Positions 43,683-55,900 of a DNA stretch of 64,000 nucleotides are shown piece by piece. The translations under genes and the position numbers were made by a program. The notes under the pieces are model-generated. The model made no database searches, was not told the DNA's origin, and worked only from the letters and a program-made list of their open reading frames with translations. The first letter of the stretch is position 1, and each line of letters begins with the position of its first letter. Source of the stretch: a virus; the IMG/VR virus record IMGVR_UViG_3300033186_000039, positions 1 through 64,000 of that record; one strand, given 5' to 3'.

Positions 43683-43883
43683 CTACGCTTTCACTTCCAC
43701 ATCATCAGTCAACGGTTTTTCACGATTTGGGCGATTATCACAGCAGCAATTATCACTATCTTTCCGCCCACGCAGGATAACATCAGCCGTGACATAGATT
43801 ATTGCACCCAAAATCACCAAGATAACAATAAACCCAAGCCAAACCCAAAAGGATGAAAATATAAACTGTAAAACTTCTAGCAT
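43683..43883 (-). CDS. Small membrane protein (66 aa; holin-like by size and topology only)
   Basis: ATG 43883. One long hydrophobic segment FIFSSFWVWLGFIVILVILGAIIYV, then a charged tail. Confidence 0.45.
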   Translation of the reverse strand: MLEVLQFIFSSFWVWLGFIVILVILGAIIYVTADVILRGRKDSDNCCCDNRPNREKPLTDDVEVKA

Positions 43884-43996
43884 TAGAATACCCCTAAAAA
43901 TCCACACCCCCATCTTCCCACAAAACGCCATTTGACACAAGCCATTTTGACAACTAAAACTACAACACGCCCACCGCAAATTGACAAAATAACATC

Positions 43997-46900
43997 ATGG
44001 CAGAATTCGACGCGAGACTAGAAGTGGAAATTGATGGCAAACAAGCCATTAAAGAATCGAAGCAACTTGACAAAGCCTTAGACTCCGCAGCGGACAGCGC
44101 GGACAAACTTTCCAAAGCCGCAGAACGCGCACAGCAGCGACTTGAACGCCAAGCTAAAGCACAGGAACGACTTGCGAAGCAGATGGTGGCGATGCAAAAA
44201 CAGATGGAACAAATGGGGCGCATTGCCAAAATGGTCGAAATGGCAAAAAACATGGAACGCATGGCGAATGCGTTTGGCAATAACACTGCCGCCAAAAGTA
44301 TCAAAGACCTCAACGCCAACCTCGCGCAAACCACCAAACACCTCAATGCCGTCACCAAAGCGGCTAAACAAGCGGATACCGCGCTGACAAAAAGCCTCAG
44401 CAAAACGGCGGGCGGCAATTTACCCAGCGTCAACGTCAAGCAAAGCGTCAGCATTGACACGGGCAACCTAAAGAAAACCAGTGGTGAAGTCAAGCAGTTG
44501 GGCGACAACTTGACCGTCACTACCGCCGCATTAAAAGAATTCCGTGGCGAATTTAAAGCAACCGAACAAGAACTCAACGCCGTCGGTGAAGCACAAGCGA
44601 AATACCGTCAAGAAACCAAGGAAACAGAAGAAGAAAGTAAATCCGCCGCCGCATCAATGGCGGCAATGGGCGTTGCAGCAGTCCAAAACCGCCAACACAT
44701 CGCTGCGCTTGCGGTATCCATGCACGGCTTAGCTTCCACTACCCGCCTCCTCGCGGGCGCAAGCGTATTGACGGGCATCTTTGGCAACCTCAACACCATT
44801 CTTGCCGCCTTATTTGTCACCCTTGACCGTATCGCCGACTTATTTAACTGGGTGACACGCGGTTTGCAAGCGATGGGTGCAAAGGCAATTGAATTTGCTA
44901 GAAACATTGATTTCTCACAAATCAGCGTTGCCAACTTCGTTGCCATGCTCAAAACGGCGGGGGCAGGCATTGCCGCCTTCATTCAAAGCCTTTCGTTTGA
45001 CAAAATCAAAGGCTTTTTACTCTGGCTCATGACCTCCGCCGCCGCTGGCATCCGCACCGCCTTCACCGCCACATTAGGCTTCCTTAAAGACTTTCATAAC
45101 GACATCAAAGACACGTCGTTAAGCGATGCGTTCAAAAAACGCCTCAACCCCGCACTTGAAACCACCCGTGCCAACGTCGGCAAACTCAGCAACGAACTCC
45201 GCAGCAACGGCAAAGCCGCATTTAACAATGCAGGCAACGGCGTCCGCAAGTTTAAGCAGGACGTAGACAAAGCCAGCCATTCCACCAGCGTCGGAGAAGT
45301 TTCCCTAAAAAAATGGATAGCGCAAATCGCGCTTATTGGTGGCGCAGTCGCCGCCGCGCTTGTTGGCATCCGTGCGCTGGTATCTGAGTTTGGCAATATT
45401 GTTGAGACGGGCAAAGAGTTTACCGAGGCGATAGCAGGCGTTGCTGCAACCAAAAACATCAACCTCAACACTAAAGACGGACAAGCACAGCTACAAGCTT
45501 TAAGCGACAAAGCGCGGGAACTCGGTCAGGACACCGTTTATTCAGCCAAGAAAAGTGCCGACGCGATGAACTTTTTGGCACTGGCGGGCTTTGAAACCAA
45601 TCAAATATTAGAAGGCACACCAGCGGTATTAGACCTCGCCGCCTCGACTACCACCGACTTAGCCCGCTCTTCTGACATCGCTTCAGACTTGATGACCGCG
45701 TTTGGCAAGTCAGTAGAAGAATTGCCCGAAGTGGTAGACACGCTTGCTAAAGTCACCTCGACCGCCAACACCAACCTAGAACAGTTTTTTGAATCCGCCA
45801 AATACTCTGCACCGGTTGCCACTGGGCTTGGCATTTCCATGCACGAAGTCGCGGGGGCGATTGGCATATTAGCCGATAGCGGCGTAAAAGCCTCGCAATC
45901 GGGCACAAGCGTTAGACAAAGTTTATTACGCCTCGCCGCACCGCCAAAAATGGCAAAAGACGCGCTGGAAGAACTCGCTGGCGCAATGTCTGACACCGAG
46001 TTTGACCAATTCAAACAAGGTGCAGCCCAAGCCCAAGGCACATTAAAAAGCTTAGGCATTGAGATTGAGGACAGCGCGACGGGCAATATGCGCCCTTACG
46101 CCGACATTCTGAACGATATTCGTGTCCGCATGAACGACATGGGCATGAGTACCGTCAAGCAAGCGGAGATATTAAAGAAAATCTTTGGGGTCAACGCCGC
46201 GTCCGCCATGCAAATCCTAGTGCAGTCCACGGGACGCGCTGAGAAGTCACTGCAATCCTACACCGAATCGTTGCGCGATAACGACGGCGTGGCGAAACAA
46301 ATGGCAAAAACCCGCTTAGACAACTTGGCGGGTGACATCAAGCTTATGGATTCAGCCGCTTACGAATTGCGTTTAACCATCTTTGACATGCTTGAACCCG
46401 CGCTGCGGCAGATGACCCAAACCAGCACCGCGTCAATCATTGCTTTAACCGACACCATCAAAACACTGCAACGCATTTTTGCGCCACTGTTACCGATTCT
46501 AAGTGCGCTGATTACGCCATTTGTACAGTTGTTCACCATATTAAACAATTTAAAAAATGCGGTGTTGACCATTGCGGGTTTAATCGCCGAGTACCTGATT
46601 CTCGGTTTGATAGACGGTCTATCGCCGCTGCTCAACACCCTACATGCGGTTCATGGTGCGTTATTGACTGCATTTGAACCACTCAGCACGGCATTGCAGC
46701 CCGTTTTTGAAGTCATTTTCCGCATTTATGCTGCACTGACCAACCTAAATAAAACTGCTAACGGCACCAATTCTAATTTCATCCAGATTGCAGGTACGGC
46801 GCATTTTCTAGGGCGCATCATTGGCAGTGGTTTGTATTTGACTATCGATGGCTTGGCGAAGCTTTTGATTGTGTTGATTGACCTGTTGGGCGCAGGGATT

Positions 46901-49900
46901 CGAGCGTTTGAACAGCTTGGAATTGCGGTGGGTGAGGGCATGGGCTACCTCCATACCGAAGTTAAGCCTGTTTGGAATTTTTTAACTGGGTTTGTGCAGG
47001 GCTTGCTGTCATACAGCAAATTATTGGACAAGGCGATTGCCTCTATAGCAGGTGGTCTGGTTTACATCTTATCACCTCTAGTCAAAGCCTCTCCCGCATT
47101 GCAAACTTTTGAAGCAACGCTTGGCAGTATTACTGTTTCGCTCAGTAGCGGCGGCAAAACTATACAGGGTGCATTTTCGCCGCTAGAAGATTTAATTCAT
47201 CCGTTGCTTGGCTTATTTGCTGGGTTATCCAACGCCATCCAAGGTTTAGGGCAAAATCTCAACGCTTGGGAAAGTGCAGGTTACAGCGCAGGTCAAATGC
47301 TCATCGGCGTGCTTATTTACCCGCTAACAGCTATCACACGCCTCGTTCCCGCCGCTGTTGAGTCAATTAAATTAGCTGTTGCCAGTTTGGTTTTATTAGG
47401 CAAAACCATCGGCATTGTTGCAGGTGCGCTACACATGTTTGCGCAACAAGGGTTGGGGGGGCTGCAACCGCTGCATGACAGCATGGCGCAAATGGCACAG
47501 GCATTTTACAGCCTATTCAAAGACATTAACTTCTACGCCATTATTGAGTTTCACCGCCAAGCAGTTGTTAAGCAATTAGCCAAACTCATTGAACAGGATA
47601 TTTATGGCACGCTATCTGCGGCTTTTGCCTCCCTGCCTACGCAACTCAGCGGGGATGTAAAATATGCAATTGGCGGCGTTGCGTGGTCGATAGCTGATTC
47701 GTTGGTGCAGGCACTAGATCAAGTGACTGACATTGTTTTTATCAGCGGAATACATTTATTACTGGCGTTTTCTGATGGAATAGAATCAGGCGCACAAGCT
47801 TTATTTGACCGCATTGATGGTGTATTTGAATGGGTTTACAGCCTGCTATTCCCGCACTCTGATGCCAAACAAGGTGCTTTCGCAAATTTAACCGCATCAG
47901 GTTACGCTTTGGTAGTCGCCTTTTCTGACGGCATCAATGATGCGGCGCAATGGCTTTACAACACCATCAGCAAGGTATTTTCTTTTTCAGCCAATTTATT
48001 TTTAACTGATGACCAACTTCATGGCGCACTCACGCCATTAGTCAAGCTAGGCGAAGTCGCCCATAAACAGCTTGAAAAGCTTAGCACTACCCTACGGCAA
48101 GGATTGCAATCAGCATTTAACCCTAGCAATTTAAATCTTGAGCAAGGTTTGTCCTACCTTGCTTTGTACATAGGGGTTGAGTTGGTCAATACAGTTGTTG
48201 TTGGTTTGACGCAATTCGTTAATGCCTTTGACAATTTATCTGCCAATGTCATCGGCATGATTGCGCATTTTTTTATCGACATTACCAATGCAATCACACA
48301 GCAACAAAGCTTATTTACCACCTTAAGCAATTTAACTGCAAACCTAACCCAAACACTCAGCCAATTTACTAATGAATTGGTGTTTAACTTCGAGTTGGTG
48401 TTCATTGGGTTGCTGGTGGGCGTATCACAAAATGTGATTGCTGCGATTGGGAAGTTCTTGCAACAAGTTACCAAGTCGCTACTTAAACATAAAGCGATTA
48501 AGGAATTGGTTAAGACGTTTGCGCAGTTTGGTTCTTTAATCGGTAAGGCGGCGCAAGGATTATTTTTCGGTCTAGGGAAATCCGCCATTATCTTGGCACG
48601 CACCCTAGAAGATGAATTTCCTATTGTATCAATTTGGACTCGATACCTGACGGGCACACTCAGCCAAATTCAATGGCAAACACAATGGTTTTTTGCACAG
48701 CAATTTGCCACTTTCAAAGGCTTGTGGGTTGGAAATTTAGAACTCATCCGTCAATTTATCAAAGCCTACGCTGTTATTGATTTTGCCAAAATCATCTTAA
48801 GTGTCTTGCTACCTGTCGAAGCTGGCAAAAAAGGCATTCGCTATAATATCAATAAACTTAGAATATCTTTTACCTACAACCTAAAGAATTTTTACGATTC
48901 GATTAACAATTTCGCAAAACGCCAACCTGTTATTTGGAATATTTTCTTAAAACAGGTTGATGATTTTGCATTGCGTATAGCCAAAGTCATGCCTGCTCTT
49001 GGCAGAGAACTCGTCAAACAAACACCCTATGTAGTAGCATCGATTCGCGGCTTGCTAGACGTGTTTACCTTTGCCTTCCCTCGCAATGCGAGACTATTAA
49101 CATTTTTAATCGAAAACACCATTATTCAGCCGCTTGAGCATTTTGCTAAGTCATTAAATATTCAATTAATCAGAATTGCCCAAGGCAGCATGTGGGCACA
49201 ATTCTGGAAGTCGCTGGATGTAGCATTCAAAGCAATCCCGACTATTTTCAGCGTTATCTTAAAACAAATTCCAACGCTAACAAACTTATTCAGCCACTTA
49301 ACAGGGCGTTTTTTCCAGTTTGTCACTGCGTTAAACCAATTTGATGTTTTACTCCGCAACACTTTCAAAATCAGCTTACCATTATTCTTCTTGCTTTCTG
49401 AATCGGTAATAAAGCTAATTTGGCATTTTGACGAAATAAGCTCGCATTGGGATGAGTTTGTCGGCTTGTTTGAAGAAGGCACAGCAAATCTTGCAACTGC
49501 GTGGGGCTTCTTTATGGAGCAACTATCCACGCCAGAAGGGTTGCAAAATGTCATGCGGTTGGCATCGGCATTTATGATGTTAAGCCCTGTTACTGCTTTG
49601 CTTGGCACGATTGTATTTATCTTAAGCTTTTTCCCTGAACGCATTACGCCCATCATCCACTGGCTACAAGCAATGGGCGACACTTATTCAGAACAAATCA
49701 ATCGCATCAAGCAAACTACTTACGAATTCATCACGTTCTTGCCGCAAGCATTAAATACCTTAATGTCGATGGATTCAGAACAAATATTTACTGGCATTGG
49801 CAATCAAATCAAGCGTTTAAAAGACGACTACCCCGCCTTTGCCGCATTATTTGACGGTACTGTTTATATTATAAAAATATTAACTTCGGCAGTGATTGGC

Positions 49901-52900
49901 TTGGCTGCTGCTTTTGCAGCAATTAATTTCGGCGCACCTGTCGCAGCGGCTTTTGCTTTTGGTGCTGCAATCAGCAGCGGATTATTTTACCTGCTGGAGT
50001 TTCAACAAGCGGTAGAACAGACGTGGACAGAGCTAAGCCAAGCACAAAAAAAATTAGTTAAAACATTTGGCATTGAAATCGTTGCGCTAAGTCTGGGCAT
50101 TTTAATTAGTCCCATCATACCGCTAATTATTGGTTTAACTCGTGTCACTTACGCATTTCGAGACGAAATATCAACTTTGACAAGCTATATCAAAGACTTG
50201 TGGGAAAACAGCTTGATTTTCCGAGGCGTAGTTTTAGGTTTGGCAACTGCGCTAGGTGCATTAGCCTTAAGTTTGGTCGGCACCGCCACCGCAATCGCAA
50301 TTTCATCTTCGGCTGTGATGACGTTATTTGGCATGGGTCTAGGAGCAATTGCCAGCTATCATGACGAAGTAATGTGGGTATTTGACAGCATCACACTTGG
50401 CGTTACTCACTTCGTCGCCGCCATAACCGCCCCATTTAGCGGCTTGATTGCGTGGTTTGATTACCTGTTCGGCACAGATATGTACGCTAACGCGCTGGAT
50501 TTCTTCAGCGGCTTAGAAGACATCATTTTGATGGCGTTGGGTGCAAGTCTGATTGCACTAACGGCGTGGGTTGCCAAATGGATATGGGCAATGAAGCGCG
50601 TAGTGACCGCCAAAGCGCAAGCGAACAAACTAATCAGCCAAAACCCAGTCCTCATGGCATTCGGCATCGACCAAAAACAAGTGGAGAAAAACATCCGCCA
50701 AGGCGCAACCCAAGCCAACCATATCTTAGAAAATGCGTTTGCAGGCAAGAACTGCAAGTCATTAGGCAACTGCATTGAAAGCGGCACGAAATACGGGGTG
50801 AAAAGCGCTACTAAGCAGTCTCGGGGCTTTTTGAGCAAGCTGTTCAAGCCGTCGTCTATCTCCGAGCAAATCAGTCGTGGTGTGACGGATGGCGTGAAAA
50901 AAGGCGTGAAAGAATCGCAAAGTTTGTCAAAAGGTTTTCTGCGTGGCGGGATTAATTTTGACAGCAAGAACGCCGAAGGCAAGATGGTTTCGCTGCTGAA
51001 TGACATCAATAAGTTAAACAACCAAATCAACGCCTTGAGCGGGGAGTCGCGGAAGTACGGCAAGACCGTGGCGTTGGGCACATTGGAAGAAGATAGCGTT
51101 AAAGGGCGGCGGCTCACTAATCGTACTAAGCTGTTGGACGATGTTTATGATGACGACGTGGCGAATCGGTTACTGAAAACCACGATGGAGCAAAACAAGC
51201 TCAACGAAAAAGACCGTAAAGCGTTGGCGGATATTCACGACAAAATCCAAACCAAAGGAAAAATCAGCCGTGCTGACCAAATGGAAGTGCATCGCCGCAT
51301 CTACCAGTACCATCAATACGCGGCTGACAACGACCTTGCCAAAGCCAAAGAAGTCGCTGCGATTCAGAAACGCGGCTACATTGAAGTTGACAAAGCAGGC
51401 GCAGTGCGTGTTCAACAAATCAAAACCGAACAACGCATCCTACGCGCTCAACTCAAAGCCGCCAAAAGCGAATACGACAACATCCGCAACGCGATGGACT
51501 TGGAAGGACAACGCTACCTCAACCGTTTGATTAAACAGGGCGCACATCGCGGTTTGTCAGAACAAGAGGTGTTGGCGAAAAACGCCGACAAGATTCAGAA
51601 GAAGTTTGCCAAGATTTATACGCAAGCAGCACGCCCACCGCGCTTGAGTTTTAGCGGCATGTTTGAGAGTTGGTTTAAGTTTTGGGACAAAGCCTTGCCT
51701 TGGATTGGTAAAAAGCTGAAGAAATTTAGCGGCTGGTCTTTGCTAAGTAAATCGTTCAAGCGTGTATTTGGTGGCATGTTTAATTGGTTTGGTAAGCACA
51801 ACCCGTTTGCGTGGATGAGCAAAACTTTCAGTGAGCAGCTAGGCAAAATGAAAGCCGCATGGAAAGACGCGGGCATTCGTGAAGCATTGACCAAGCATGA
51901 GATGCGCAAAATGTCTCCCAAAAAGCCAGCATTTTTGCAAGAAAGCTTTTCAAGAGATACAGTCAATATAAATCATCCAGAGCAGCTAACCAGCTTAAAA
52001 AGCACGTTAAAAGATGATAAAAAAATCATTGCGGAAAGAAAAGCCAGTGCAATACAGCTACAAAGAAAGATTGCCGAGATAGCGCAGCAAGAAGCGCAAC
52101 AAAGAGCGCAAAACGCAAAAGCGGCTGAGTCAGTAATTCAGCAAAACGCTAAGCAGCATCAAGCCGTAATGATGCAAGCCAGACAACAACAAGACATCGC
52201 CAGACAGCAAATAGCGTTAGCCAAAGAAGCCGACAAAGCGCGGACAATGGCGATTAGCGACTACCAACAACACCAAGCAAAATTTAATCAGCAATCCATA
52301 GAGGCTGAAACAAACCACAAGGCGGCGTTGAGCAAGTTAGATAGCGACTACCTGATAGGCTATCGCAAGAAAACGATGGAGTTGGCGTTAGCTAATAAAA
52401 ACCTTACTCAAGATGCCAAGGTTGAAATTGCACAGCAATTAAAAGCGCACACCAACGCTTATTACACTGAGCTTGGCAATCTTGAGCAAGCCAGCGCAGC
52501 ACGATACCAACGTGAATCAGCTTTATTTATTAAGCACTTGGACACCGCCACTGAAGCACGGGCTTCTGCGCTTGCCAACCAGAAAAATATTCAGATTTGG
52601 GAACTGGACGAAGCGGGCAACAAGCGACAAACTGATGCTTACCGTAAGCTACGCCAACAAACCGAACAGCAACTTATCAATGATTTCCATTTGAGCCAAA
52701 AGGCGTGGAAACCAATGGAGCAGGAAACGCTCAAGCAGCGTTATCTTGGCAAGATGCAAACCACGGCGGTGCTGAACAATCGCTTTGCGGCTGAAGAATT
52801 GCAAATGCTGGATTTACAGCATCAAAACCGCATTGATACGCAGCGCAATCAGTATCAACAAGAACTCAAGTTGATGCACCAGCATATTGCTGACAAAGAG

Positions 52901-55900
52901 AAGTTGTTGAAAAAATCGATTGGCGATGATGCAGATCAAATTATCCAAACCACACGCGGCAGTACGCCCAGCGCGATTGCGCCACAGAAAAATGCCATTG
53001 TCGCTCAACAGCAAGTCATCAAAGAGATTAACCTACAACGCAAAAATCTGGAACAGATTAACGACAATCTCAAGTTTGATATTCAGCACATCACTCGCGG
53101 GGCGGGACAAGAATCCGCTGTACGGGGCATTTTAGGACGGGATGCGGATGAAGACGAAATACGCAAGCTGCTCACGCCACGCGGCTTAGAAAAGCAAGCC
53201 GAACAGCGCGTATTGTCACAAGGCAAGCTAACTAAGGACTCACCGAAGTTCTACAAAGCCGTGGCTGCCATGACGCAAGATTTGGAAGCGGCGTTAGGTG
53301 AAAACGCGAAAAGCGTCTATGCCATGAATAAGCAAATTGCAGAAAACAACCATGCGCAAAAGCAGCTGGGTGAAAGTGTTGCTATTTACAAACGTCAACT
53401 CAAAGAAGACATCGCCAACTTGCGCAAGTTATCGCCTGAGTCGTTTGCAAAAGGCGGGGCAATAAGATTTTCCGAGACAGATGATAATGTGTTGACAACC
53501 CGCAGCCAGTTGGAGGCGCAAGCACAGAAATACACGCCCGCTGACATCGGCGGTATGCGTCAAACTGTAGCAGGGATGCCAGATGCCGATTATTTGGCTG
53601 AACAGAGTGCGCAGTTGCGGCATGAGGCTGAGGTAGCGCAACGGGCGCAACAAGACCTGCTCAAAAACCAAGCCAGTTACAACAGCAAAGCACAAGCGAT
53701 TGATTTAGACCATCGTAGCCATTTAGCCGACCTCAACGATGAATACTTAGCCAATCTCAGAAAGACTACAGCAACGCACATTGCGAATGACACCAGCAGC
53801 AGCCAAGCATCTCGCAAACAAAGCTTGAAGCATTTATCTGAATACCATAAACAGTACGAAGAGGAGATGCAGAAAGCTGAAGAGCGCATGACGCACCGCA
53901 CTCGGCGGGAAGCGGCGTTATTGCTTGAAACGCTGGATACACAAACGCAAACCCGTGCTATTGACATCGCAGGGCAGCGCGGCGTTAATATGTATGAGCT
54001 TGATGATCAAGGCATTCAGCGAGAAACCAAAGCATTCATCAAGATTCAAAAGGAAGCTGAACAACACATCCTAAACGACTTCCAGTTGCGTGATGCGGCA
54101 TATCGTGAAGCGGAACGTCAAGCGGTTGCCGACCGTTACGATGCCAGAATTACCAATTTAGCAGCGCGGCATGACAGCTACACACAAGCACAAGTTCAGC
54201 TTTTCAAGCAAAATCATGCTGACATCATGCGGACGCAAGAGGCGTTGCACCAAGACGAATTACGCGCAATCAACGCTCACTATCAAGCCAAGCAAGATAA
54301 GTTGACTTCTCAACTCAGCGATACGCAACGTGGTCAAATAGTGATTCCTGAGTTGAAAGAGGTTGATCACGTCAAGCATCAAAAACGCTTGGTTGCTGGG
54401 TATGAGGAAGTTGTCAGAGAGCTACAATTGCAGCGTAACCACTTGGGTAGACTCAATAAGGATATTGGCAACCAAAAACTGCACATTCCTTCTGTGCAAT
54501 ACACCGACCCCGCGATTCAAAGATGGCTCGGCGACAGTGCCAGTAAAGAACAAATCAATGCATTCCTGTCTCCAGAAGGCGTAGAAAAGCAAGCGCGTAA
54601 AATGACACCCGGCACAGCAGACAGTGACAAATTTAACAAATCGCTTGCCACAACAATGAAAGAGATAAAGGATTCTCTTAGCCCTAACGCCAAGCTGATT
54701 TACGAACTCAATGCGCAAAAACTGGGCAACCAACGCCAACAAAAAGAACTTGACGAGGCGATAAGCAAGTACAAGAAAGAAATCAGCGACAATACCAAGG
54801 CACTGAAAAAGTTATCGCCTGATTCTTTCCATCGCGGCAAACTGGATTTAAGCCAAGTTGATCCAACGACAAATTACAGACGTGCTGACTTGGAGAGCGT
54901 CGCTAAACTACATGAGCGCGATAAGAGCTATCCAAGCTTTAAAGCTGACGACATGGATACCGAACTCACCCAGCCCCGCACTTCTCAACAAATGCTCGCA
55001 AGCCTTGAGTCTGCGATTCATAGCTTGCGCAATTCGTTTGCATTCTTGGAAACTAGCGCACAAAAAGCGGCAGTGGAATTAAGTCATGTCGGTAAAGATT
55101 TCAAAACGCCTTATTGGGTTAGTGCTGACAAGCAAATTACGGCTCGTCAAAAGAAAATAACGGAGATATACACAGAGATTGGCGAGGACTTAAAAGGTGC
55201 TAACAGAAAATCAACTAAAGAACTCCAAACGCTCTCCGCAAAAATAGGCAGCAGCTTAACTCAAAGCCAAACGTTTTTCGCTGACATGGCGAAAGCAGGC
55301 AACGACATAACAGACGCGCAACGCAAGCAGCTTAAAGCCGCAAATGATACGCTGAAATATCAGAAAAGCATTATTGACTCGGTGAAACGAAGCAAAGAAG
55401 CACAAGCTGAGATTAACAAACAAACGGCGATGCGGGCACAAGGTGAAAAAGGCACATACGGCAAGCTCAACGACGCAACAAAAAACATCACCGCACAAAT
55501 TGACGCAAACCAAAAGCTGATTAACCAAATCCATCAAGGCAATGTTGGACTCAACAATGCACAACGCAAAGAATTAATACTCAAGCAAGAATACCTTAAA
55601 GAAATAAGAAGCCAGACCCAAAAGCTGAGTAGCGACATACAGAATCAACAGCCTGCGGCAAAGGCTAAACAAAGAATACCCGTCCCAAAAGGACAGAGAG
55701 GTTTTGTAGACACCTCACTACCGCCCATAAAAGACTGGCCGGTTTACAAAGGCTACGAAAAACTCAAAGGCAAAATACAGGCAGTTGGCGAACAAGCTAA
55801 GGCTACCACTAGACATATTGCCACGATGGGTAAGCAGCTAACTGTAAGCCAAAAAGCAGTCAAAGGCATGGCGATTGCTGTCAAGGGGTTGGTATTATCC

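Noticed and set aside
16388-43986. Reading the TTGACA inside TTTTGACAAAA as an ordinary sigma70 -35 box for the downstream gene
   Set aside because: At 16388, 35267 and 43981 it lies only 2-13 nt from the start codon with no -10 in between. It may still be a -35 at some sites (for example 23441 TTGTCA-17-ATAAGT).
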